Shown here piece by piece: positions 50,784 through 63,300 of a stretch of DNA of 64,000 nt; within the stretch, counting starts at the first letter, position 1; every line of letters begins with the position of its first letter. The notes beneath the pieces were generated by a model. That model had not been told where the DNA came from and did not search any database. It worked only from the letters and a program-made list of their open reading frames with translations. The DNA is from Amoebophrya sp. A120. Taxonomy: Eukaryota; Protista; Dinoflagellata. Location of the stretch: NCBI GenBank assembly GCA_905178155.1, contig CAJINV010000005.1, forward strand, positions 2,817,804 to 2,881,803, written 5' to 3'. The position numbers and the translations under genes are program-made.

Positions 50784-53700
50784 TCATCCTGCGTGCTGTG
50801 ATTGTGTTGGATTCCCGCGAATATACCCGGTGACAATTTTCCCACTCTGTCCAACGAAAATCTTTCGCAGCAGGGCTATCTGGCGCAATACCGCACTGCA
50901 AGTCAAGCCCAAAAAGATTGAAACCGTTAACGCCGCGATGAAGTCGAACAGCAGCCAGGTTATCATCATGGACGCGGCGAAGTAGGAAAAAAGACCGAGA
51001 ATGAAAAAGCGGACCTGCAGATGAAGTTCGTTCAACTGGGTTTCTTGGATGAAATTCTTGGAGCAGGTAGGAGTCGCATGCAAGAACGATCGAGTTCGGT
51101 AGGGTTAGGGATAGTGATAATCTGAATATTAGGTGGACCGCTAATAAATCAGTGGCCGGGTTCGAGTAGAATGATATGAGTGGTCGGTGTAAGTATGCAA
51201 GTAAGTATAGGTTTAAGCTTCGCACTGGTGACATCAACTGATGCTGATGTATGAGAAAATACCACCGTCGACTGTAGCCGCTCCATGATCGCGATGGTGG
51301 CGTGCACGTGCTCGGTGTCGTCCCCGAGTAGCGCCTATCAAATGTAAAAGTGTCTGGGTCTGGAAGAATGCAACTTGTGATGCTGAATTTGGATTGAATT
51401 TGAATTGAAGTAGCGACGCCGCCCTGACGTGCCTCGGTAGCCGATCGCTCTACCAACCGGAGGTGCTAGTTACATGCTTACTTCTTCCTTCGTCGAGCAC
51501 CTTCTTCGTCATACAAACCGGCTGGTGAGCAATTACCCGGACTGCCGGCCCAATTTGTGCCGGTTTTGGTGTTTTAGGGAGATACCCGCAACGCCCCCGC
51601 GGAGTTGGCGAAACCCTGATAGCGAGACGCAACCCTTGGCGAACCTGAACGACCTGAGACCATCCCCACCTTTGGATGTGTTGTCTCCCGCTTGTGCTGC
51701 GCGTTCTGCTTCGAGCCGCCCAGACCCTGTGCCCCGCGGGATCTCGGTTCGCACAGTGTTGGTTAGTACGCATGGGATCCTGATCGCGGACGGCGAGTTT
51801 GTACTTGGGGGGGCTACTTCTTTTCTTGAGGGGTCGAGGTAGTGGCATACTCGGCGCACTGCGTATATCTAAGTGAAAACAGGGGTGAGCTGTTGCAGTC
51901 CCGGGGTCCTGCTGCGCTCTGCTGCTCCCAATGATCATTGCCATTTGGGGTCAAGCTACCTGTTTTGTAACCATCCACGCAGGTCGGCTCCTATTGGGTT
52001 CGTTTTCAAAAAAAATTAGTTTTGCTCCAGCTTTCCGCTACAGGGCCTACCTCTTGGGTCCTCTGTCCTACTCGTTCTGGTCCAGGGTTGAGCAAGGCCC
52101 TGGCGAAGGAAGTGACTCGTCGGAAAAACAGATGGAACAAGCATCGCGCGCGCCCGAAGGCTGATCATTTTGCCGCTGTTGTCTCCTTGACTGTGGGGCC
52201 TGTTCTTAACGCGCTCACTCAGCATGACAAGTCTTCGCGTAGCATGACGCTCGTTCTACCCCATGCCTAATAGGGGACCGAAATCACCCGCGGGCCACAT
52301 CGATAGCATGACATCACTGCTGCCGTGGCCTTCTCTTTCATGATCGCTTCGTTAGCAGGCGGCTTTCGTTCCATTTGCTTTTGGACTTCCCGCACCCCCC
52401 CACCCTCAGGAAACCCCCTTTCGGGGAGCAAGGACAAAAGTGCGGAATTGTGCGAACGTTAGGCCATGTATTTTGAAGGTTGCTCTCTTTTCCTTTGTGT
52501 CGCTCCGCTTGGTAGCTCTCGTCTCCCCTCGCCGTCGCCGGGTTCGAACAGGGCCATCGGGTGATAGTGGCCGTCTCGAGCAGGGACATCGTTTGACTTT
52601 TTCCTTTTTCTTTCTTTCCTTTTTGCATCTTTGTGCAACTCTACATGTACAGAATTTCAGTCAAGTACTGGCTTGATTTCAGTTTCGTTATCTCGCAATC
52701 TCGCTTGTTGTCGTCAGTCGATTTGCCGTCGCGCGCGCCACGGTTTCTGCCTGCCCGTGGTCGTCGTTTGCTACTTGATGCCGTCAGGGTGTCTTATTTG
52801 TTTTTCCGTTCCGCCTGGTTGTACGTGCGCCCTCGTATTTTTCGTGGGCGAGGACTATTGCTAGGTGGGGAGGAGGGGTTGGGAGGTATCTGTCGGGGTC
52901 CGACAATTGGGGTCCTTCTTTTTTTTTATGTTTTCGCATTTGCGGATGAGGAGGATGAGGAGGAAGAGGAGGAGGAGGAGGCTGGCTGGTTGCCGTTGTT
53001 CTGGATGCGTTCCACTGCGCGGAACAAATCGCTGACCATCGAGAACTGGCTCGTCGATGTAAACATGGAACCCAGCGGCCTCACCGGTTGTGTTTCCTTT
53101 TTCTCTGTTGCCACTGTTTCCTGCCTGTCTACTTCGGCTGCCCCGCCAAGCCTGTTTGCCGCTTTCGGGCCCCTCCGATCTCTCTGCGCAGCCGGTTGCT
53201 TCGTTCCGTGACTCGCGCCCGTCTCAGCTTGCTCGCCCTTCGGTGGTGCCACTTCTGCGGTGTTCGTCGCGACGGAACTAGCAGACTGCTTTGGCGACTT
53301 GCTCTGTTTAGGCGGTGGCTTGTTTCTCGCCGGTTTGGCTTCGTCTTGTTTTTTGCTGGTTTGCTTCTGTTTTTTGCTCACCGTCTCCGGTTGCTCCTCC
53401 GACTCCTCTGTAAGTCTCTTCGTCCCGCTCGCCTTGGGTTTCGGCGGTTTGCCTTCCGGTGCCTTCGGTTTCGGCTCGGCTGCCCCTTTTGCTTTTTGCT
53501 GTGCCGTGGCCTTTGGTGGGGGTTGCTCCTCTGCCGCGGCTACCGGTGGCTTCGGTTTCGGCCCGGCCGCCCCCTTTGCTTTCTTCGGTGGCGGACCTTT
53601 TGCTGGAGGTTGCTCTTCTGCCGTGGCTACTGGTGCTGGTGGTGCTTTTCTGTTGGGTTTTCTCTTTTCTGTTGGATTCCAAAAAAATCTGTATTGCATG

Positions 53701-54436
53701 AGCAGCAAAGGAAGTGCAATTTTTGCTACGCGGAGAGGGTATCTGTCATGCGGAATAGGCATCGCGAAGCCCTCAAAAAATCTGTGATGCTAGGGCATGC
53801 ATCACCGACATCATCGTGGGTCATGGAAAATATGCATGACAAGTCTCAGAATCTTCCAGACCCAGACATTTTTACATTTGATAGCGCCTTTCCCGGGCCC
53901 CAGAGGCAGGTCAGAGTGGAGATCAGTATTACCAGCAAATTGAAGCCAAACGCGCCCGAGCTGGCGGTCAGGAAGAGGAGCACAATCAGTGGGTTGTATC
54001 AAATGTAAAAATGTCTGGGTCTGGAAGATTGCCAGGTTTGTCATGCACGTTTTCCATGACCCATGAGGTCTGGCATGTAGGACATAGCATAACAGATCCT
54101 GTGAGAGTTCTATCATGCCTATCCTGCATGAGAAACTGCCTCTCGATTACGTCAAAAGTGGACAGCTTTTGGTAATGATGCAACACAGACTTTTACATGA
54201 TTCAGATTTAGCATGACAAGTTGCATTCTTCCAGACCGAGACATTTTTACATTTGATAGGTTGGTTGACCGCGCAATGTCCATGGTAACCAGAGTCGAGC
54301 TGAAGCCCGCGAGCAAACCGGCGACCTGGGCGAGCTTGTCAAAAACCATCATAAAATAGTTCAGCTCGTACTGCCGGAGCTCCAGAGACTGCAGGTGAAA
54401 CCCCGTGAGCACGTTGCCCTTGCCGGCTTGCAACAT
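50784..54436 (-). CDS. Four-TM membrane protein, Orai-like (~195 aa), three introns
   Basis: Approximate exons: 54436-54259, 53991-53884, 51330-51263, 51014-50784. TM1 VAGLLAGFS resembles Orai SALLSGFA, but the canonical pore Glu position is not conserved as Glu. Three further hydrophobic helices follow. Confidence 0.72.
51015..51262 (-). other. GT-AG intron
   Basis: gtg|GTATTTT...CTGCAG|gtc is in frame. An alternative donor 3 nt upstream is also in frame. Confidence 0.7.
51336..53883. mobile_element. Family A introner expanded to 2.5 kb by a nested insertion
   Basis: Both 31-bp TIRs are intact; DR gcgcc; join GPGKA|LLGDD. Confidence 0.92.
51396..53671 (-). mobile_element. 2.3-kb retroposon-like insertion (TSD TTGGATT, apparently 5'-truncated, short ttcaa-type tail)
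   Basis: ttggatt at 51389-95 and 53672-78. The minus strand starts mid-ORF (Pro/Lys/Ala-rich) and ends ...cttcaattcaaattc. No TIR and no RT motif seen. Confidence 0.65.
53997..54258. mobile_element. Introner, family A
   Basis: TIR present; DR ggttg; join RSTN|PLIV. Close homologue of 2130-2397. Confidence 0.95.
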
Positions 54437-54774
54437 GTTGTTGGTTTTGCGCCGTACGTTTTTCGAGTGTTAGCTGTTGGTCGTGTCAGCCGCCGCAAGA
54501 TCGATGAGGGCTCCGTGGTGGTTATGTATTTTTCTCAGAGACAACCTCCGATGATCATGTTGACCAGCCGTGCCGTAGCTCCTAGATCAAAATTTGTCGT
54601 GTGCGAAAGCGAATTTGTACAAATTATGCTGGTACTCATACTACATTTCAACAAGTACAATTTGAGCTTCTGCTGTGCTTTGCCCAAATGGCTTCTGCTG
54701 TGCTGTCCCTTCATGATCTACAACTCTCGAGACGTTGACACAGACGTTGACACAGACTACTCGCTCGGCTTGCT

Positions 54775-55983
54775 GCTATATGGCCATTCTCTCTGCATAT
54801 TTTCAAATGATGAGGGTCTCCAGGCATAGGCATTGCGCTGCTTTACTTACTTTTGTGATGTGCCTTCGTCATGCATGGGATGCATTTGGGCCATGCGCGT
54901 CAAGTGATGTAGTTTCGAAGGCGGCCATGTCGCCGCAGCGAGGACTATCCCGCGCACGGACTCGGGTCACTTTTGAGTCTTTGGCGAAGACCACAGGGCT
55001 TCGGAGATGATCACGTCCCCCAAGAAAAGCCGAGCGGCTTTCCGCAGCTTCCTGCCTTCCCCATGTGCGGCGGAGTTGCAGGCGGCTTTCCCCGACTCTT
55101 CGATGAGACAGAAGAAGTCGACGGTCTGGCTCTGGGTCACATCCACAATGGCTCTGCGCTTTTCGCTCGACACTCCCCGCGCAGCTCCCTCGACAGTCAG
55201 AGGACGCGCGGGCGGCCGAGTTGCCAGGCTGCTTGGCTCATCCCGCCGCCCCCACTTCGCTGGGAACATCAGCGCCCCCGCTTTCCCCCTCAATTTCCGC
55301 CCTTTCCTAGCCTGTCAGATTTTCTGCTTCTGCGCAACGCTCTCACGCGCTTGCGTGAGCAATGGGCGCCATTCCAAGCGGGCCACGCTTCAGTAGCGCA
55401 GCCACATGCGACAGAGCCCCTTTCGGCGAAGCCTGCGCGCAGCAGCCCCATCGGTACATATTGCCCTGGCTGGGTTTGCTGAGAAAAGCTTCCCAGGCCA
55501 TGGCCGCTTTTGCTGTGATAGAGCTAAAACGAACTGGAGGGGTTGGGCACGCTGGCAAAGCAGGAAACTAGGGGCCGGCTGCAGCGGCCTACGCCTTCTC
55601 CTCCCTACCTCTAGCGCCGGTAGGTCCTGGGGCCATGCGAACTTCGTCCGTAAGCAGGCCAGGATGCCCGGGGCGCCGGCGGAAAGATGTGCCGAGGTCT
55701 TCCGAAGTTGGCAACTTTCTCCTCTGCGAGACCCTTGCTGAGGACCCTCCGGGAGGGGTAGCCAAAAACACTACTTTTTGAAGCTTCCCCCACTGCTACG
55801 AGGGTTCCGGAAAAAACTCCTTTTAGGGGTCTCGCGCATGGGCCTCTCTTCGCAGAATCTAAAGAAACTGCGGAGGCCCGGGACCGGGACTTCTAGAAAA
55901 ATGGCGCCGGGGGCTCAGCTTTTTGGCACAGCGTGCCGGCAATAAGTAGCCTGCCCGCCCCTCAGAAGGCAAACTGCCCGGTG
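54775..55983. mobile_element. 1.2-kb insertion flanked by a perfect 32-bp direct repeat
   Basis: gacgttgacacagactactcgctcggcttgct at 54743-54774 and 55984-56015. GC-rich interior; no clear TIR or ORF. Confidence 0.7.
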
Positions 55984-58495
55984 GACGTTGACACAGACTA
56001 CTCGCTCGGCTTGCTTGTACGTGCGATTGAGGAGAAGCACTACCGACATCTAACTTTGTATGGATATGGTAAACAGTCGCAGTTGCTCACAATACACTTC
56101 ATCGCAGTAGGCCAAAACATACTCGAGGAAAGAAGTTATTTTATGATCTAGTCAACATCTTCTCCGACGGATAGATCATCCTATGGATGATCATCGTTGG
56201 ATGTGCGCTCCGGGAGTCAGGAGGTGCAGGCGCCCGCGACCAAGCATGTGGAGAGCCTACCCCACCGGCGGAGACGCAACGCATCGACGCGACCCAAAGA
56301 ACCCTACGGCACCAGCTGGAGATGAATTTGGGCACCGAACAGCCGCCCCACACGCAAGAGTGCGTGCGACGACACCGACTGAGATGCCAAAGACTGTCAC
56401 ACAGCATCCCAACAAGGCTCCAAAAGGGCGAAACAAAGCGCCTTCGCCCTGGCCCTTAGCAAAATCCTTGTCAACTACCGAAACCACAAGAGCAGCTAGT
56501 GGCAGAAGCGCTGCCCAAGAATCAGCGTAAGAACATTTAATATAGGAAATAACTCCCCGGAAGCTCCGGCTTCACTTCGGATACGTAGTGCGCTTGACCA
56601 CTCGCACACTGATGAAAGAGGTCTCAACCCTGACAACTCGGCCGGGATGCGGCCGGGGAAATGCTGGAAAGTCATCGAGCAACAAGAAGTACTCAGATCA
56701 AGAGCCCACGGGGATGAACGCGCCCCCAGGTCAAAGACCTGCATACCAAACAACTATCCAGGAAGGAACCTTCCAAAGCACAAGAGTAGACCTCGCGGCG
56801 GTGGCCACAACGCCCGCGCAAGCTGTGTGTTTCAAACGGAAATAATAACTTCGGCGCGGGATCCTTTCCGAAGACACTGCGTGCAAAGAAAACTCGGAGC
56901 CACCCGGCACCATGACACAGGGAAAGAGAGTCCGGAGCCCATGAAAAGATTGGAGCCGTCATCTGCGACACCCTTCCGGAGATGCGCGCGAACTCACTAA
57001 GACTGCCTCTGGAGCAGTAAGCAAACAACACCCACCTCAGCGACGATGGCCGTGAGGACCTCGAGAAACACTAACACCCATGACCATGCCAAATGGACCT
57101 CGAGGTAATGCTTGTGATCCGGTCAACGCGCATGCTGCGACATCAGAAAGAAAAGGACCAAGCCCTGCAGGGAAGGCGCAGTGCCCCCTACAATCCTGCC
57201 AAGAATCCTCACACACACATACGAAAGTTTGCCCGATAAACATGAGACACCCAACAAAAACGCCCGACGACCTCCTCTCTCCAGGGACTAACACTTCTCG
57301 CCCCCTGAACCGAAAAAGGCGGGCAAAGGATTCGGAAGAGGATACCACATCGCTGCGTAATGATGCAACCGGATCGACTCTTGACACAACACTCCTCGCA
57401 CCCTGTACAACAGGGATCTGAAGATGTCCTAAAACCACAGGCAAACAACATAGGGGCACGAAGCTCCATATAGAAAGATCACCCCCTCCAGAGGAGAATC
57501 GGAATACCTTGAAAGAAAACATCCCGACAGGGGAAAACCTGCGCCACATGCGCCATCGCTGACCTTGGTCATTTCATCTCAAGCCCTCGACTCGGCTCGT
57601 GGAGCTAGGGACGGCAGAAACCCGGAAACCGGAACCAAAAGAATCCGCGAAAACAAAACCCCGGCGCACGAGGCGCCGGGCGCATCCCTAGCCTTTCCAT
57701 CTCGCGCCTGCCCTCTTTTAGGTTTAACGGATTCAAACCGCCAGTGCCACAAAGCCGAGCAAGGTTGAAATGAAAATAACCAAGGTCAGAATGGCGCCCC
57801 ATGTCGAATACAACGGAGCAAAACCTTGCAAGTAGACCTCGAGAAAGAAGCCTGCAAGGGCAAGCACATCTCGAAAATGAGTAATAAAGTGAGACCCACA
57901 AGAAAACCAAAGCCGGCAGAAGCCGGAAATTAGAGCAGAAAAGCAGCCTGCAGCTAGACCCTGAAATCCTTCTCCGCACCCGGGAGAACCTGGGGCAATA
58001 GACTTCTTGCCCTCACAAGTGGAAATCCAAGAGAAACCCACTCCCCGAGCGGGGAGAGTGGAGAAGCCCCCGAAGAAACGGCATAAACGCGGCCGATGCT
58101 CCCTCACCAGCACGAGAGATGTGTGGCGATAAACTGCTCCAAGCCCGACTAACAACAGGACTGAAACACGCTCGCTGAGAGACACAAGGGGGATACTCCG
58201 ATTTGTACGGGGAAAGCGCGGCAAATAAAAATGCGAAATCAAGCAGAGACTCACTCCGCCATCACAAACGGATGCGAAAATCAAACAAAATCGACCCCGA
58301 AGGGGAAATGGATTCCCTACTCTCTCCTCGCAAGGGGGGAATAGGAGGCCACTCGCAAAGAAATCATCCGAAACAGGACGGAGCCTCCCTCCCTCGAGCT
58401 GGAAACTAGAAATCTGGGGCATACTTCAAACCCCCGGACTTAGGGCGAAGCCCCCCGCTCCAAAATTGGAGAAAATAGAAGACGCCCAACATAGT

Positions 58496-59210
58496 TAGTC
58501 CGGAACTAGGACCGGAGTTACATTCTCCCTCTCCAGAAACGGGAGAAAACCGCACAAATCCGACATAGTCCGCAACTCGGACTGAAAATAAATGTCCCTT
58601 CTCCAGATCGGGGGAAAATAAACAGGAGAAATCAAACGTAGTCCGAAGCTAGGACGGGAACTCAAATCCTTCTTCTCCAAACCGGGAGAAATCACGAGAA
58701 ATCCAAACAAGCCCGAAACTTCTAGGACTGGAAACAAAATCACTCTCCTTCTCCGGAACGGGAGAAATCTGGAGAACTCCAACCTAGACCGAAACTAGGA
58801 CCGGAAATAAACTCAATTCTCCCTCTCCGGAACGGGAGAAAACAGGAGAAATCCAACCTAGTCCGAAACCAGGACTGGAAATAAAATCACTCTCCCTCTC
58901 CGGAACGGGAGAAAATAGGAGAAGTCCAACCTAGCCCGAAACTAGGACTGGAAATAAAACCACTCTCCCTCTCCGGAACGGGAGAAATCAGGAGAAGTCC
59001 AACCTAGCCCGAAACTAGGACTGGAAATAAAACCACTCTCCCTCTCCGGAACGGGAGAAATCAGGAGAAATCCAACCTAGCCCGAAGCTAGGACTGGAAA
59101 TAAACTCTCTCCCCCTCTCCGGAACGAGAGAAATCAGGGGAGACCAATCATAATCCGAAACTAGGATTGAAAATAAACTCTCCCTCTCCAGAACTGGAGA
59201 AATCAGGAGG
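58496..59210 (+). repeat. 73-bp minisatellite, ~10 copies
   Basis: Unit tagcccgaaactaggactggaaataaaaccactctccctctccggaacgggagaaatcaggagaagtccaacc. Units start at 58859, 58932, 59005 and 59078. Confidence 0.92.
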
Positions 59211-60319
59211 AAATAAATCGGCCTAAGGCAGAGCAAAATAGCAGCTCTAATCACCCTCGGCGAATCACAATCAAGCTACCATCGGCAGGGGCGCAAGTCC
59301 CTGAAAACCCAGCATGTCAAACACAGAGCAGGAAAATCAACGCAAAACTGCGCCCCTGCCTGGTTCATATTCATGCTACTCAGGTTTTGGTTACCGTGAT
59401 GGGCGGGTTGAGCCCGCTCATAAAATATAGACCGACCACTGTCGGCCTTGACTCACAGGCTCGCAAGACCACGCGTGCCCGGTCATACATTTAAAGTAAG
59501 TACAATACAACCGGGACGACCACACGTGACGGACGGTGCAGCAGGTTGACCAAACTTGGTTGCGGTCAATCCGACGGATGACGAAAAGAATGAGAAGAAC
59601 GATTTTTACTGCATGTGAGGATGAATTTTACCAGCACAGACGAAATTTTTTTCTTTCTGGTAACACTACATCACGAGTTTGCGGCCTCGTCCACGTCCTG
59701 GAAAGGAATGACTGAGCTGCGAGTGAAACATGTTTCTATTTGTGAAGTCTTGTTCATGCAATAGCGGTACCAGCGCAGCATGAAGCGGCATCCAAGATCT
59801 AGGTAATAAATTCGTTAGCTGTTGTTTAAAGCTAGTAAGCAAACCGGAACCTGTAGTCCTGAAGTTCACCTACAAAAACGTGGAGCGGTGCCGTGTATTT
59901 GTTTCGTATTCATTTTCATACATTGTCAGTAGAAAACGAAAATCTCATCAGTAATTCATAAAAGTCGATGCCGATATGAAACGCCAACTCCGTGGTCGCA
60001 GAAAAAAATAAAAAAGTAAAGCAGAAGAAGTACTTCATATACGTATTTTACGTACCGATGAAGTTGAAGAGAGGCAATTCGGGTAGCTTGGGGCGTGCCA
60101 AGCTGCATTTCTTCTTTATCGCTAGATATGAGTGAGTCGCTATATTTCATCTTGGATCAACAACAACATGTTGTCGCTATGTGTCTTATTTGAAAGTAAG
60201 TAGCAGGAAACTCCACTGAATAAAGTAAACTGAGGTCAGCACAGGACTGTATGTAGACACTGTCGAAAAGATGAATGAAACAGACCTTCTACTTCGCACG
60301 ATGACATTCCCTCGCCACA

Positions 60320-63300
60320 TCACCAGTCGGATGAAGAGGGAGAACTTTTGTAGCTGCTAAAGTAGTACTCGTCTTTTTTCGAAGCCCAATGATGAAACTC
60401 CGTGTCCATTTCCCACGGCTTGCGCTCCCAGTTAGCTTCAATCGCGTCGAAAGCATTGACAACATGCTCTTCGTCTTCTACTTGGGTACTCTTGCTCGCG
60501 TCCTGAGCCTGCCGTTGTTCGTGTTGTTTTTCACGATGTTCATCTATCTTACTATTTACGTGCACTTTCCTGGTTGGATCACACAACAACGCTTCCAACC
60601 CGAATTGAAAGCCCCGGATCACCCTGCGCAGCCACGCGAAGTCGTGCTTCTTCAGATCGATGGTCAAGCCGATCACCCACTCGTGCTCAGCGATCTGCTT
60701 GATGGCTACGTGAAAGTGCCCGGACGAGCGCGAAATCGGGCCGTGGCCGCCGAGCCGGTACCCCCCTTTGCCGCTGTACCAAACGGAGTCCGGAACCTGG
60801 GTCATGGCGAGGGGACGGGAGCCCCGGGGAAGCTTGTCGAGGATCTGGAAATTCACGAGCGTGCGGTCGTGGCTCGTCACCGGATTGAAGACCTGCCAGT
60901 CGCGATTCCGGATCTTCTGGTGAAGGTCGAGTAAAACCGAGATGAAGTACCACTGTGAAAAATGCCTTGACCCCCAAAGTTGCAAAAATTTGTGATGCAA
61001 AGTTTCCAAATGAAAACTTTTTGTCATGCATGAAGGGAGTATGAATCTTTCTGATGCAGAGTCTAGCTCTAGGCGTGTATCGCATCGCTTGCATGACAAG
61101 CGCCGCTCTTGCTGGGATCTTTTGCAATACAAATTTTTGCTATTCAGCATTGGAAATTTGTGGTGCTTATAGATGCAAGAGCAAGAGGGCGAGTGTTTCA
61201 TTTGGAAAGGTTTGCAATACAAATGCTCCCAAGTCCCGGGGTGGGGGCATCTTTCATTGTGATAAGAAGGTCGCAGACTCTAAGGGAATCTGCAGCGCCA
61301 AGTCGCGCCAGTCGACGAAGAGATATGAACTGCAAAAGTATCGCACTCGTATAAATGCATGACAAATTTCCTCAGCATGAGAAATAAAATTTGTAATGCG
61401 GATGTGCCTCAAGAAAGAGATTTGTAATGCAAGACTTGCATTTATACGAATACGATACTTTTGCACAGGATAAGAGACCTGGAAAGTCAAGTTTTTGTTT
61501 TCGTGGTTTTGGTTATTTTCCTTTTTATTTGAACTCGAGGCCTCGTCTACTTGCAACTTTTTTCTTTCGTCGAGTCACCTTCGACATCCACGGACTTGGA
61601 CAATTATCTTCGTATTCAATTTTTCTGCGAAACAAGAAAAGAAAGATGCAGCTCAACTAAATTATCATGTCTTATACCAACAGCGTCGTTATCCCGGTTA
61701 CTATCTCGCTGCGGCACGTACAGGGTCGACTCGAGATATTCCACTCGACTCGCCCGCGCTTCGGTATGCATTGCAAATATGTCTGGCTCTGGAGGGTTGC
61801 AATTTGTGATGCGTGTTGCGGATCCTACAGAAATCTGTATTGCATGCCTTGCAAAAGGTGCCCATTTTTGGCTAATAATGCTGCGAGAGCATTTCTCATA
61901 CAGAACAATAGGCATTACCAAGGGGCTGCAGAACCTGTGATGCTAGGCCCTGCGTTCCAGACTTGGTGGAGCTTGGAAAAGCTGCATCACAGATCTCGCA
62001 ATCTTCCAGACCCAGAAACGTTTGCATTTCATATTCAGCCATCATCATCAACCCCACCAGCACCACTTCCAGCGGCACCCCGTACACGGTGGAGACGAGT
62101 TTTAACACTTTCACCGCGTCCGAATCCAGCCACAGGTCGTGGTCGAGGCCGCGACCCCGGTCGGCGAAGGACACGCCACGTAAGGAGTACCGGTGTTCCA
62201 CGGAAAAGCGGTCGCGGGGAATGTCCAGATGAACCGGGTCAACCGTGAACGCGTTCCAAAGTCTCTGCTGCAGCTCCTCCGTGGTGAAATGCTTGGGGAA
62301 TATTTGGTGGTGCATCGGATGATCATGATCGCCTGCGACAACATCGTTTTTGTACACCGATATTTCATTTACTCCTGCTGCTTGTTTGATGGAAGAACTC
62401 TGGTTCTTACACTGCTGGGTCGTGGAGATCTTCTCACCAGAGGCCGTAGCACTAGCAGCTCGCTCACCTTGGCGCTGCTCCTTCTTGTCAACACCGACCA
62501 CATCAGAATGTTGTTGATCTTCCATGTACAGACTCTGGAGCCTCTTCCCGGAATAAAGGGCGAGCAAATCATTCACGAGCGGGTAGTACGTGAAGGCGTC
62601 GCCCACACTGTGATACATCCGCAGCGTCATGAAACTGACCGCACTCGGAAGCTGTTGTGGCGGCTCTTGCAGTTCTTGATCTTCTGTAGCTTGTACTAGG
62701 TCGTGGTCCAGCTCTCCGTTTTCATTCGCATTTATTTTTTCATTTCTCACCCTATTTGCATTTTCGCCACCCACATCAACCTCCACTCGTTTCCAGCCGG
62801 GAACCAAGCAGGCCGCGGCGTGGTGGTAATACAAATTTTTGTCTTCGAACGGGTCCGCGTCGTACACTACAAGAGTGCCCTGATTTTCCAACTTGAACCA
62901 GATATGCCGCGCCGGTCTCCTCGCCCGGACCGCGTTGCGCTTGCTGTACCGGTAGTAGAGCCGGTCGTCGCTCAGATCGTACTCCTCGCCGAACTGGGTG
63001 TAAGTGGAAGTTGTATTTCCTTTATTTCTCGTAGTTGTGTCGGCAACATCTCCTGGTGGTTTTTTATTTTCACCAGCCACATCTTCTTCTTCCACTTCCT
63101 CCACCGCGACCTTATCTACCGCGAAGCACTTTACGTGCCACAGGGCCGCGCACCCGGTGGGGGGCAGGACCCAGTGCTTGCTGCAGAGGTTGACGCATTC
63201 CCCGATTTGCTTGTTCCTTTCGTCCACCCAAAGCAGCCGGTGTCGTATCACTTTTGCGGGGTCGTCGGGGTCCGTCACCTTGTCCAGCAAAATCGACACG

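Noticed and set aside
56100-58450. Degenerate LTR-retrotransposon pol (PFGM- and HLQIP-like words)
   Set aside because: The motifs are isolated, with no YxDD, LTR pair or PBS found. It cannot be supported without a profile search.
59284-59315. tRNA-like T-arm or primer-binding site
   Set aside because: No cloverleaf, wrong loop size and no CCA junction.
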